A stretch of DNA of 64,000 bases, from the NCBI GenBank assembly GCA_965208765.1, contig OZ242354.1, positions 6,185,281-6,249,280 of the forward strand, in the 5' to 3' direction. This DNA is from Candidatus Poribacteria bacterium (lineage in GTDB: Bacteria; Poribacteria; WGA-4E; JAJDTR01). Shown here in pieces: positions 20,029 to 29,483 of the stretch (position 1 is the first letter of the stretch; each line of letters begins with the position of its first letter). Made by a program: the position numbers and the translations under genes. The notes beneath the pieces are model-generated. The model was not told where the DNA came from, did not search any database, and was given only the letters and a program-made list of their open reading frames with translations.

Positions 20029-21078
20029 TTATTCCGGTTCGTGCCATCCGTGCATCTTTCGAACCTCGATCATCGCCGCCAGAATGTCGTTCCACGTTTG
20101 CTGTTCCATCATCACGTGATTCGGAAACATGCAGCCATCCCAACAGATGTGTCGAAAGGCTTTCGTGAGCCCGCCATCTTCTTCTCTAAGCCAGTGTCCG
20201 GCATCGACCGCGATGTCGAGCTTGCCGTTGGGGTCGGTAGCTTGGCAGTGCCTTCCTGTTTTGTCATGGGAGCCAGCTCCGTGTACGGTTCCGTCGTTCT
20301 GCGCCACATGAAAGTCGATGGTCCATGGGCGCAGCGCCGCAGTCAGTTGGCGAAGACCTTCGGTCAACGCCCCACGGTCGGACCAGTCGAAATTGTCAGG
20401 CAGGATGCGCTCCTCCGGTATGTTGTATCCCAACAAATACAGCAGTGTGTGTGCCATGTCAGCCTGAAACCCGATATTGGGACGGTCAACGGCTTCAAGC
20501 GTGTTAATCATGGTTTTCCAGCCGTGCATACCTCCCCAACAGATTTCACCTTCCGCAGCCAGCGTTTCTCCGTAATCCGCCGCAATGTCGCAGGCTTCGC
20601 GGAACGTTGACGCAATCCGTTCCGTGTTCTCTACAGGATCGGCTGCCCAGGTTTCCGGATCCACAGACGAATCAATCCGTACGACGCCGGTGGGACGAAC
20701 CCCCAATTCGCGCAGCGTTTTGGCAATGTGACAGGCTTTGCGGACTTGAGATAGGAAACGCCCCCGTTCCTCCGCGCTCCCCATGGCGGAGCCGCCGCCA
20801 GTCGGTTCCCAAACGGGCGCGACAACGCTGCCAATCTTGAGATTGAGCGCATCTACCTCCTCGGCAAGCGCCTTTATCTCATCATCAGTGCTGTCGATGT
20901 CGACATGCGGAGCGCATAGGAAAAGGTCGATGCCGTCGAATTTTGCGCCGTCTACCTCAGCAGCGGCAGTGAGGTTCAACATCGTATCCAACGAGATGGG
21001 CGGTTCAGAATCTTCACCTTTTCCCACCACCCCGGGCCATGCCGCGTTGTGAAGTTTCGGATAGTTGTTTTCTAACAT
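20029..21078 (-). CDS. sugar phosphate isomerase/epimerase (xylose-isomerase-like TIM barrel)
   Basis: 349 aa. [17 protein letters not shown] and DFHVAQNDG motifs. Confidence 0.8.
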   Translation of the reverse strand: MLENNYPKLHNAAWPGVVGKGEDSEPPISLDTMLNLTAAAEVDGAKFDGIDLFLCAPHVDIDSTDDEIKALAEEVDALNLKIGSVVAPVWEPTGGGSAMGSAEERGRFLSQVRKACHIAKTLRELGVRPTGVVRIDSSVDPETWAADPVENTERIASTFREACDIAADYGETLAAEGEICWGGMHGWKTMINTLEAVDRPNIGFQADMAHTLLYLLGYNIPEERILPDNFDWSDRGALTEGLRQLTAALRPWTIDFHVAQNDGTVHGAGSHDKTGRHCQATDPNGKLDIAVDAGHWLREEDGGLTKAFRHICWDGCMFPNHVMMEQQTWNDILAAMIEVRKMHGWHEPE

Positions 21079-21090
21079 AGGCTCTCCCTA

Positions 21091-21173
21091 GTAGTAGGCA
21101 TACAGAGTATGCCTACTACAATTTGTATAAAGGTTACGGCACACGGAGTGTGCCTACTACATGTGCCTACTAC
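21091..21173. repeat. REP doublet flanking the RAYT gene (left)
   Basis: ggcatacagagtatgcc and ggcacacggagtgtgcc palindromes, each followed by tactac, separated by aatttgtataaaggtta. Confidence 0.7.
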
Positions 21174-21174
21174 T

Positions 21175-21816
21175 TTAGATCTGATACAAAAAATACTCGC
21201 CATTCGAGAGATAGATTGGGTTTTCCCTTATGTATTGTTGGATTGCACAGAACTGTTTAGGGGATCGGACGAGGTGATCGAAACTTTCTTCTTGCCAAAA
21301 TCGACCGGATCGCCCCAGCAGTTCATTAATCTTACCTGCGCTGAACTTTTTCCACGAACGACATTGCTTGAGGAGATCTGTGTCGCCGAGCAAACATACC
21401 AGCAAATGAACATGATTGGGCATAATCACAAAGTCACCTATATGGTACCGATTGCCATTAAAGTGCAACAAACTGTCCGCCACAATCTTTGATAGTCTTG
21501 GTCGTTTCAGAACACATGTTCCCAGACCTCTGTCTAAGTATTCCATATATTGCCGTGAAAAGGTTTGATGAAAATCTTTACGTAATCCTTCTGGAAGTTC
21601 TGCAAGTTTGGCTTTCCAATCTGGCATTGAAATGGAAATCCCATGTTGTGCAAGCCAGGCAGATCGTTTGGCGTACCAACGTCGAACTACATGCCCAGGG
21701 AGTGAATCCTCAGTGCGAAAGGTAATAAAGTAGGTCGCTTGCGGTTGAAACCAATGCGGCAGATTTGAACCTTCCGTGATTTGGAAGTCGCTGTTAGGAT
21801 CGAAGAGTTTGAACAT
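21175..21816 (-). CDS. REP-associated tyrosine transposase (RAYT, IS200/IS605-like HuH Y1)
   Basis: LPHWFQPQATYFITFRTEDSLP, HuH motif MPNHVHLLV, catalytic-Tyr region GRFWQEESFDHLVRS...YIRENP. Confidence 0.8.
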   Translation of the reverse strand: MFKLFDPNSDFQITEGSNLPHWFQPQATYFITFRTEDSLPGHVVRRWYAKRSAWLAQHGISISMPDWKAKLAELPEGLRKDFHQTFSRQYMEYLDRGLGTCVLKRPRLSKIVADSLLHFNGNRYHIGDFVIMPNHVHLLVCLLGDTDLLKQCRSWKKFSAGKINELLGRSGRFWQEESFDHLVRSPKQFCAIQQYIRENPIYLSNGEYFLYQI

Positions 21817-21867
21817 ATTACTAAAGGGCAGTAGGCATGATTAAAGGAACGGATAGTAAGTGAAAAT

Positions 21868-21953
21868 TTCTATCAAGACTTGCTATCAGGATTTGCTATC
21901 GCACTCATTATCCATTCGCTTGATCCCTTGTTGTTTACTCGGTTGATCTCTCC
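21868..21953. repeat. family-2 repeat
   Basis: tctatcaagacttgctatcaggatttgctatcgcactcattatccattcgcttgatccc...ggttgatctc. Confidence 0.6.
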
Positions 21954-21955
21954 GT

Positions 21956-22045
21956 CGTGCCGTAATGTGCACAAGGTTTTCGGCATACGGAGTATGCCTA
22001 CTACAATTTGTATAAAGGTTACGGCACACGGAGTGTGCCTACTAC
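21956..22045. repeat. REP doublet flanking the RAYT gene (right, same orientation as the left one)
   Basis: cggcatacggagtatgcctactacaatttgtataaaggttacggcacacggagtgtgcctactac, near-identical to 21091..21173. Confidence 0.7.
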
Positions 22046-22187
22046 ACTCTTTTTTCTTGAGAGCTGCCGGGATTTGCGGTAAAATTATATTGGACACTGC
22101 CAACTTCTCGTGCCTAAGCGTTGGGCGCATGGAATCAATGTTTTGTATTCCGATCGCGAAGAAAACTCACAAGGAGAACCCTGAAAG

Positions 22188-22406
22188 ATGACCGCAGAGC
22201 AAGTGATAACCCAAGACCCGGATATTCATGGGGGACTGCCTGTGTTTACGGGTACCCGTGTTCCGGTAAAGAGCCTCATTGATCATCTAAAGGCAGGGGA
22301 AAGTCTTGACTATTTTCTAGAAGGCTTCCCGTCTGTTTCTCGTGAGCAGGCAATCGCTTTTTTAGAGATTGCCTTGACCACAACCATCGGCACCCCGCCT
22401 AACTAG
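22188..22406 (+). CDS. DUF433 family protein (putative antitoxin)
   Basis: DIHGGLPVFTGTRVPVKSLIDHLKAGESLDYFLEGFPSVSREQAIAFLEIA matches the DUF433 pattern. Confidence 0.65.
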   Translation: MTAEQVITQDPDIHGGLPVFTGTRVPVKSLIDHLKAGESLDYFLEGFPSVSREQAIAFLEIALTTTIGTPPN

Positions 22407-22510
22407 GACTATTCGGATTGTGTTGTGTACTTACAAGGCTCAGGCATTCGTGAACCCACGCCGTCGTAAGGATTGCTACGCTCCAAGAACATCCAGAGGT
22501 TCAAAACAAC

Positions 22511-22708
22511 GTGCGTGTTCTACTTGATGAAAACTTGGACTGGCGCTTGGTCCGACATTTTGATGCCGATTTTCAAGTCATGACTGTTTCTCGACAAGGA
22601 TGGAAAGGAAAGCGAAACGGCGAACTCCTCGCGCAAGCCGCAGAAGCATTTGACGCCCTAGTCACAATGGACAAAGGTATTGAGCATGAGCAGAACTTAC
22701 GCAAATAA
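22511..22708 (+). CDS. DUF5615 family PIN-like protein (putative toxin), GTG start
   Basis: MRVLLDENLDWRLVRHF...LVTMDKG resembles the DUF5615/Mut7-C N-terminus. Only 65 aa, so it may be C-terminally short. Confidence 0.5.
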   Translation: MRVLLDENLDWRLVRHFDADFQVMTVSRQGWKGKRNGELLAQAAEAFDALVTMDKGIEHEQNLRK

Positions 22709-22961
22709 ACAATTAGCATCATTCTCATCTCTGCCAAAAGCAATCGGATTCAGGATATTGAACCCGCTATGTTCAGAGTCAATCAAATCCTAAAAACTCT
22801 TGAACCCGGGTAAATTAGTCACGTGACTGTTACCACCTAATCTATTTACATTGCACAGCACTTTTCGTTGGCATCTCGTTCTGTATCCGCTTTCGCAGTT
22901 GCTTCGGAACATTGCTGGGAAAGCTTGGCAAAAAGTGCGGAAAAAACCGAAAACTCTTCTT

Positions 22962-25220
22962 CTATTTTCGTATCAACATCTTCCGGGTCGCAGTGAACTC
23001 ACCTGCCGCGAGTGTATAGAAATATAAACCACTGGCAACAGGTTCGCCGCCCTGATTCGTGCCGTCCCAATACAGCGCGCGGTTACGGCTCCGGTACGTC
23101 CCCGCCGGTTGATGCCCCACATCCAAACGCCAAACCGCCCCTCCATTCATATTATATATCGTCAGCGCGACCTCTGTGGGAGCTGCCAACTGATACGGGA
23201 TCCAGGTTTCCGGATTGAACGGGTTGGGATAGTTTTGTAGCAGGGCGTTCCGCTTGATTTCCTCTAGCGTCGTCAAACGCTTTTCCAACCGCTCTTCCGC
23301 AGTTACTAAAGGAGTGAGTTCCCACAGAAGCACCGTACCATCGTGACTCCCACTTGCCAGTGTGCGACCATCGGGATTGAACGCAACGCTCCAGACACCC
23401 CGCGTATGCCCCTCAAGTGTGCGGTTATGTTCGCCCGTCTCGGCGTCCCAAAGACGGATGGTCGTATCCCAACTTCCACTTGCCAGCGTCGCGCCGTCGG
23501 GACTGAATGCCACGCTATAGACGCTGGAGCGATGCCCTTCAAGTGTACGTTTGTGTTCGCCCGTTTCCGCATTCCATAGACTGATGGTAGTGTCCGAACT
23601 ACCACTTGCCAAGGTGGCGCCGTACGGGCTGAACGCCACACTCCGGACCCGGTCCGTGTGCCCCTTAAGCGTGCGTTTGTGTTCGCCCGTCTCCGCATTC
23701 CATAGACGGACGGTATCGCCCTCAAGAGATGCCAGCGTGGTGCCGTCCGGACTGAACGCTACATGGCTGACCCAATCAGCCGTGTGCCCCTCAAGTGTAC
23801 GTTTGTGTTCGCCCGTCTCCGCATTCCATAGACGGATGGTATCGTCCCAACTTATACTTGCCAGAGTGGCTCCATCGGGACTGTACTCCACTCCAACTAC
23901 GGCCCATGTATGCCCTTGGAGTGTGTGTTTGTGTTCTTCCGTCACCGCATCCCACAGATGGACGGTATTGCCCGTACCGGATGCCAGTGTGGCGGCGTCC
24001 GGACTGAACGCGACGCTCTGCCCCTCAAGTACGCGTTCGAGTTCTAACATCTCCGCGTCCCAAAAGCGGATGTTACGGTCAAGGCTCGCGCTTGCCAGCG
24101 TGGCTCCATCGGGATTGAACACCACGCTCAAGACACTCCTCGAATGCCCTTCAAGTGAGCGTTTGTGTTCACCCGTCTCCACGTCCCATAGACGGATGGC
24201 GGCGTCCCACCTCACACTTGCCAGAGTGGCACCGTCGGGACTGAACACCATGCTCGTGACATTCGACCTATGCCCTTTAAGTGAGCGTTTGTGTTCACCC
24301 GTCTCCACGTCCCATAGACGGATGGTATCGTCCCAACTCGCACTTTCCAAAGTGGCTCCATCGGGACTGAACGCCACACTCCTGACATTTCCCTCATGCC
24401 CTTGGAGTGTGCGTTTGTGTTCTCCCGTCACCGCATCCCACAGATTGACGGCATGGCTATGATTTCCAGTTGCCAGCGTGCTACTGTCGGGACTGAACGC
24501 AACGCTCCAGATGTCCGCCCCATGCCCTTGAAGTGTGCGTTTGTGTTCGCCCGTCTTTGCATCCCAGAGAAGGACGACATGTCCCTCACACCAAGCTGCG
24601 AGCGTTGCGCCATCCGGACTGAACGCCACGCTAGTGACATCGCTCAAATGCCCTGGGAATGTGCGAACTACAACTACTTTCCCCTGATCGTTGGAAATTA
24701 TGGTAGTGACAGTGTTCCTAAACCCTTCAAGTGTACGTTTGTGTGCGCCTGTCTTCACATCCCAGAGTCGGACAGTATCATCCTCACTTCCACTCGCCAA
24801 CGTTGCGCCGTCGGGACTGAACGCCACACTAGTGACATCCCCCCTATGTCCTTGAAGTATGTGTTTTTGTTCACGCGTTTCCGCATCCAATAAACGGATG
24901 CTATCGTCTTTATTCCCAGTTGCCAGCGTTTCGCCATCCGGACTGAATGCCACGCTTGTGACAGGAAACATATGCGCAAGACGCAGAGAAACTTCTTGAT
25001 ACGTCGCCATGTCATAGAGCCAGACACCGATGGAACTTGCAACCGCAAGGCGCGTGCCATCCGGCGAGTACGCTATCTCATTTATCCAGCCTTTACCGAG
25101 ACGGGCTTTGGCGCCCTCGGGTAGATGTCTAGTTGTGAAATCTTGCGCAACACTGTTCGACAGAGAAAGGATTGAAAACAGAAGAGACATCAAGAAAATG
25201 GAAAAGCGTGTTTTTCTCAT
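22962..25220 (-). CDS. secreted WD40 repeat protein (~14 blades) with T9SS-like C-terminal sorting domain
   Basis: Signal peptide MRKTRFSIFLMSLLFSILSLSNSVAQ. Repeated GH...V.SVAFSPDGATLAS.S.D.TIRLWD..TGEHKRTL units. C-terminus NYPNPFNPETWIPYQL...YWDGTNQGGEPVASGLYFYTL. Confidence 0.8.
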   Translation of the reverse strand: MRKTRFSIFLMSLLFSILSLSNSVAQDFTTRHLPEGAKARLGKGWINEIAYSPDGTRLAVASSIGVWLYDMATYQEVSLRLAHMFPVTSVAFSPDGETLATGNKDDSIRLLDAETREQKHILQGHRGDVTSVAFSPDGATLASGSEDDTVRLWDVKTGAHKRTLEGFRNTVTTIISNDQGKVVVVRTFPGHLSDVTSVAFSPDGATLAAWCEGHVVLLWDAKTGEHKRTLQGHGADIWSVAFSPDSSTLATGNHSHAVNLWDAVTGEHKRTLQGHEGNVRSVAFSPDGATLESASWDDTIRLWDVETGEHKRSLKGHRSNVTSMVFSPDGATLASVRWDAAIRLWDVETGEHKRSLEGHSRSVLSVVFNPDGATLASASLDRNIRFWDAEMLELERVLEGQSVAFSPDAATLASGTGNTVHLWDAVTEEHKHTLQGHTWAVVGVEYSPDGATLASISWDDTIRLWNAETGEHKRTLEGHTADWVSHVAFSPDGTTLASLEGDTVRLWNAETGEHKRTLKGHTDRVRSVAFSPYGATLASGSSDTTISLWNAETGEHKRTLEGHRSSVYSVAFSPDGATLASGSWDTTIRLWDAETGEHNRTLEGHTRGVWSVAFNPDGRTLASGSHDGTVLLWELTPLVTAEERLEKRLTTLEEIKRNALLQNYPNPFNPETWIPYQLAAPTEVALTIYNMNGGAVWRLDVGHQPAGTYRSRNRALYWDGTNQGGEPVASGLYFYTLAAGEFTATRKMLIRK

Positions 25221-25282
25221 GAGATACGCACTTGTGAAAAGCGTAGTGGCTCGTGTCAAAAGAAAGTGCAAGGAGACTTTGA

Positions 25283-25314
25283 GAAACCGAGTTTTGAAGA
25301 AAAAACTCGGTTTC
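25283..25314. repeat. hairpin element inside the conserved ~90-bp leader upstream of the WD40 gene
   Basis: gaaaccgagttttgaagaaaaaactcggtttc flanked by gtcaaaagaaagtgcaaggagactttga and acccacatgttcttaac. Confidence 0.65.
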
Positions 25315-25346
25315 ACCCACATGTTCTTAACATGAGCGAGCATTTT

Positions 25347-27704
25347 TTACTTCCGTATTAACATCTTGCGTGTTGCCGTGAACTCGTTTGCTCTCAGTGT
25401 GTAATAATAGAGACCGCTAGCGACTAATTCTCCGCCTTGATTTCGGCCGTCCCAATACGCCGCGTGATGCTTATCGGTGTAAAAGCCCTGCGCTTGGAGA
25501 CCGAGGCGCATCTGCCGCACCAAGACGCCCTTCGCGCTATGAATTGAGATTTGGACGCCCACATCTCGGGCGAGTTGATACGGGAACCAAGTCTCTGGAT
25601 TGGACGGATTCGGGTAGTTCGGCAGCAGCGCCGTCCGTTCCGGAGTCAATGCCGCCAACAGATTCTGTAAAAACTGAATACTCCGCACCAATATCGGCTC
25701 CGGGAGACCCAATTGCCGGGCATCTTCAAGCCACAGTTCAATGTCAGTAATCCGAGGCATCGCCATTCCGTCAACATACATCGGCTGGGCGCTTGTTACA
25801 TCATCTACCAACCCCGCAACCAGCGCCACATCAAGGACGTTCACTTTGCTATCCCCGTTTACGTCCTCGCGCATCTGCGCCGATTGTCCTAAACGCCGTA
25901 CAACCAACAGCAGATCTCGAATATCCACCGCCCCGTCACTATTGACATCGGGCACAACGTGTAAGCGTGGCACCTCTGGCGGCGTATAAACCTGAGACTC
26001 CCGAACCTGCTCCGGATGATCCAACGCATATATCACGTCTTCGAAACTTGATGTCCATGTGTCACGTTGCACACTCCCGCTTTTATGGTGTAGTACCAAC
26101 AATCCAGCGTCGTGCAGTCTCGTATTTTCACGAACCCTTTCGAGGAAGGTTTTGGTTTCTAACCCGACTACGGCAGCGGCGTAATCGGCGTCCACCGGTG
26201 CCTGAAACGCCTCGTGGAAACGGGAAATCGGTTCAACACCGCGAAATGTGTTCCCCGTGGCTTCAAGCGCCTCACGGTAGCGGTTCATATCTTCGCTTAC
26301 GAGAACGTTCATGTTCGCTTTATCGACGTACAGCCGCAACGCTTGCGCTTTGTCGTAGGGCGGATTGGCGTTGCTCTGAATCACGGAACGTACTTGGTCT
26401 TCAAAGGTTTTTACTCCCGCCGTGTGGCAGCCGATACAGGAGATTCCGTTGCGTACCGTGGGGTCGCTGGCGGCAGGATTTGACACGATGTTTATCGGGG
26501 CATCGTCTAGACGGAAACCGGACGCATTGACAAGGTAGTATCCCTGCAACCCGTTTGGGAGATTAAAGATGACCTCTCCGCCATCGTGCGTGAAGGAGAG
26601 CGGGTGGGTGAATATGTTCCTTGTCCCGACGCTTCCGACAAAATCGTAACTCTTCCAATAGGCTCCGTAGCGAGAAGTATGGCGTTCAACGGCACGATTG
26701 TTCGTTGAGACACCCGAATTGTTGAAGCCCGCACGCCATACGCGAACTCCCGGCGCGTTTACCAGATTGTTTGCTACATCGACTTCAAGTCTGGATTCCA
26801 ACTCCCTAACCGTCGATGGCAAAGCAAGCAGTTCGTGGTACAGCGGCGGGGTTGAGGCGGTGGCGATAAACCAGTCGATATGAATAGCGGGCACATCGCT
26901 CTTGCAGTGTCGCTGCAATCTGCCCAGTTGGTTACGCTGCTCTAGATCCGCGGGCGCTTGAAACCAAATGTGGTAGGGATAGGCTGCCTCTATCGTCGTC
27001 CAGGCGTCATTACGGTCCCATTCGTAGCGCCGCAGGTCTATGTAGTAGATGGTCGCTTGCGGGTCGATGGGTTGCGGGTTGATGATTTTTCTTCCCCACG
27101 AGAGACTGTTGACCAGTTTGGAGAGCGCGTTGCGGTACTCGCGAAGTATTTCCGGGGTTTCGCCGGCATTATAGAGATGAGTCATCGTGAAGTAGCGGGC
27201 AAAGGCGCGGTCAAACGGTTCGAGCGACATAAGGTGGGATTCAATACCAGTGAGTAGTTGAGCGGGGGAGATAAATGGGCGATTTATTGCGGGAGTAGTC
27301 GTCCAGTCGGGCGCGCCGGCTAGAATCCAGTTTCGAATTGTCTCAGTCGACTGGGGCGGAAGCGGTTTTTGCCCAAGCGGCATCCGCGCGCCGTTTTCGG
27401 TTGGTCCAAGAAGTCGTTTATACAGTTCGGAGGCGTCTGGGTTTCCCGGCACAACGCTACCCCCTGAAATAAGGGCGTCGTGTTCCATCAGGAGAGTTTC
27501 TCGAAAGGCGCCGTCGGGTCCGTGGCAGATGAGGCAGTTCTGTTGAAATATGGCGTAGGCGTCTTGGGCAATTCGCGATTGGGCGGAAGCGTGATGAGAG
27601 CCGGCGATGAGCGCGAATAAGCAGATAAACGCGAGGTGATGCATGGTTATAATTAAAGCGGAAATGAAATGACGGTAAAACATAGAGAATGTCTCCCAGT
27701 TCAT
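25347..27704 (-). CDS. secreted multidomain protein: planctomycete-type cytochrome c (CxxCH) N-domain, dockerin-like repeats, T9SS-like C-terminal domain
   Basis: Signal peptide. FQQNCLICHGPDG heme-binding motif. DVNSDGAVDIRDLLLVVRRL and DVNGDSKVNVLDVALVAGLV dockerin-type pairs. C-terminus NYPNPSNPETWFPYQL...YWDGRNQGGELVASGLYYYTL. Confidence 0.75.
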   Translation of the reverse strand: MNWETFSMFYRHFISALIITMHHLAFICLFALIAGSHHASAQSRIAQDAYAIFQQNCLICHGPDGAFRETLLMEHDALISGGSVVPGNPDASELYKRLLGPTENGARMPLGQKPLPPQSTETIRNWILAGAPDWTTTPAINRPFISPAQLLTGIESHLMSLEPFDRAFARYFTMTHLYNAGETPEILREYRNALSKLVNSLSWGRKIINPQPIDPQATIYYIDLRRYEWDRNDAWTTIEAAYPYHIWFQAPADLEQRNQLGRLQRHCKSDVPAIHIDWFIATASTPPLYHELLALPSTVRELESRLEVDVANNLVNAPGVRVWRAGFNNSGVSTNNRAVERHTSRYGAYWKSYDFVGSVGTRNIFTHPLSFTHDGGEVIFNLPNGLQGYYLVNASGFRLDDAPINIVSNPAASDPTVRNGISCIGCHTAGVKTFEDQVRSVIQSNANPPYDKAQALRLYVDKANMNVLVSEDMNRYREALEATGNTFRGVEPISRFHEAFQAPVDADYAAAVVGLETKTFLERVRENTRLHDAGLLVLHHKSGSVQRDTWTSSFEDVIYALDHPEQVRESQVYTPPEVPRLHVVPDVNSDGAVDIRDLLLVVRRLGQSAQMREDVNGDSKVNVLDVALVAGLVDDVTSAQPMYVDGMAMPRITDIELWLEDARQLGLPEPILVRSIQFLQNLLAALTPERTALLPNYPNPSNPETWFPYQLARDVGVQISIHSAKGVLVRQMRLGLQAQGFYTDKHHAAYWDGRNQGGELVASGLYYYTLRANEFTATRKMLIRK

Positions 27705-28203
27705 GACCGACCAAGAGTCGTTTTCACTTAAAGATATTGGTAACTATCAGTCCATCAAATCATTTGCTGATGTTGGTTTGTAGTATTGCAGTTTATTGCA
27801 CGATTCCGCGCGATCACGGTGCTGTAGGCGGGATCTCCCGATCCCAACTTCCCCTCTAGTAGAGATTTCCAGATCCTAACGGCGCTGTATGAACAATCTC
27901 CGATTCGCGAAATCCTAGTGAACTAAACAATTATGAATATTGCATAGGGCTGTCGTTTTTTGGCTACGAGCGGTAAGAAACCGCAACAACAAATGTATCG
28001 GAATTGCCCTATTGTCCCAATTACCTACGTATTAAGTTCTTGGATAATGAAGCCTAGAGCGACTACGCGTCGTATCCTGACACCGGACTTGCCACTAACC
28101 CGTCGAGCTCCTTTAGCCACCGAGTTATTCTTCCAGAATCTGCATGGCTCGCCCATCTTTTTCAGACAGTCGAATTCTAGTTTGTGAGCCGCATGTTCTC
28201 GTC

Positions 28204-28641
28204 TCAGCGTACGACAAGGCTGTCTCGCAGTTTCTCTATCGTTTTCTCACCGATTCCGCTTACCTCCGCAAGGTCCTCGACGACATCGAATTTCCCGTTG
28301 ACGTTTCGATAGTAAATTATGCGCTCGGCAATCGCCGGACCAATGCCCGGTAAAGACTCAAACTCCTCAAGAGTAGCGGTGTTGATATCAATACGACCAT
28401 CGTCAGATTCTTGCGGCAGGTGTTCGGAAACCGTCGTCGACCCTGCGCCGGTGGTTGGGATCGAGACTGCGGCTGGCGGCGTAGTCTGATCCGCTTCCCG
28501 CTTTTCATCCACGATTAGATCCGGCTCGCCAAGAAACAGCTCGGGATGTCGACGCTTCAATATCCAAAATCCGACGCCAAGCAGTGTGACTGCCACCAGA
28601 CAGATTACTATCTTGCGGTAGTTTGAATCATCAAAGTTCAT
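28204..28641 (-). CDS. comEA: ComEA family helix-hairpin-helix DNA-binding protein
   Basis: N-terminal TM helix. INTATLEEFESLPGIGPAIAERIIYYRNVNGKFDVVEDLAEVSGIGEKTIEKL. Confidence 0.75.
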   Translation of the reverse strand: MNFDDSNYRKIVICLVAVTLLGVGFWILKRRHPELFLGEPDLIVDEKREADQTTPPAAVSIPTTGAGSTTVSEHLPQESDDGRIDINTATLEEFESLPGIGPAIAERIIYYRNVNGKFDVVEDLAEVSGIGEKTIEKLRDSLVVR

Positions 28642-28771
28642 TTCAGTTTTCTGACCCAGTATCTAAGCGTTTGCCAAGATGTACACAGCGGAGGAGTGTC
28701 GCGATTCGGAGATCGCTCCCACTGTAGTCAAAGCGTCTATGTGCATATTCAATTTGGACTGATGGACATAC

Positions 28772-29260
28772 TCAGTAGTTTTTATGCAAGAGAACAAAGT
28801 CGTAGGAATGAGGGTTGTCGATGTCCGGTTCATGCCTGACGCGACTGACTTCCCGCCAATCGCTCAAATCGAATGCCGGGAAATAGACATCCCCGTCAAA
28901 GCATTCGTGGATCTGCGTCAAGTAGAAACGTGCTGCGCAATTCAGGAATTGCTCGTAAACCGAGTGACCGCCGATTATCACCAACTCTTCGCAGGCATTC
29001 GCCTTCTTTAGTGCTTCATCAACGCTGTGCGTTACGATGCATCCGCCTGCACGGAAGTGCGGGTCGCGTGTCAGGATGATGTTGGTTCGTTTAGCCAAGG
29101 GTTTGCCAATGGATTCAAATGTACGCCGCCCCATCAACACCGGCTTGTCGAGAGTCAGTTTCCTGAAATGCTTCATGTCCGCGGGAAGTCTCCAAGGGAG
29201 TCGATTTCCCTGTCCGATGAGTCGATTTTGATCCATTGCCGCAATAAGCGATATAATCAT
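28772..29260 (-). CDS. folA: dihydrofolate reductase
   Basis: MIISLIAAMDQNRLIGQGNRLPWRLPADMKHFRKLT...GGHSVYEQ. Confidence 0.85.
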   Translation of the reverse strand: MIISLIAAMDQNRLIGQGNRLPWRLPADMKHFRKLTLDKPVLMGRRTFESIGKPLAKRTNIILTRDPHFRAGGCIVTHSVDEALKKANACEELVIIGGHSVYEQFLNCAARFYLTQIHECFDGDVYFPAFDLSDWREVSRVRHEPDIDNPHSYDFVLLHKNY

Positions 29261-29325
29261 CGAAAGTGGTTCAGTGGTTAGTGACTAGTGGTCAGTGGCT
29301 AGTTAACCGCGATGGGAACTCGATC

Positions 29326-29455
29326 GCACGGGATTTTCTATGGGAGTTCTATCGCGGTCGTTATTCGCTCCTACCGACAGTTAGATGTGTACGGCGGTTT
29401 ACGGCACACAAGGGATCTCTATCGCACTCGCTATCCACTCGTTTGATCCTACTAT
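29326..29455. repeat. family-2 repeats plus a partial REP hairpin, inserted between thyA and folA
   Basis: gggattttctatgggagttctatcgcggtcgttattcgct...ttacggcacacaagggatctctatcgcactcgctatccactcgtttgatcc. Confidence 0.65.
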
Positions 29456-29483
29456 TTTTGGCGAAAAGTCGACAAAGCAGTTC

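Noticed and set aside
23551-24462. 303-aa ORF on the + strand inside the WD40 gene
   Set aside because: It is a shadow ORF produced by the periodic WD40 repeat DNA on the opposite strand. It has no RBS. The minus-strand gene has a signal peptide, repeats and a C-terminal domain that fully explain the region.
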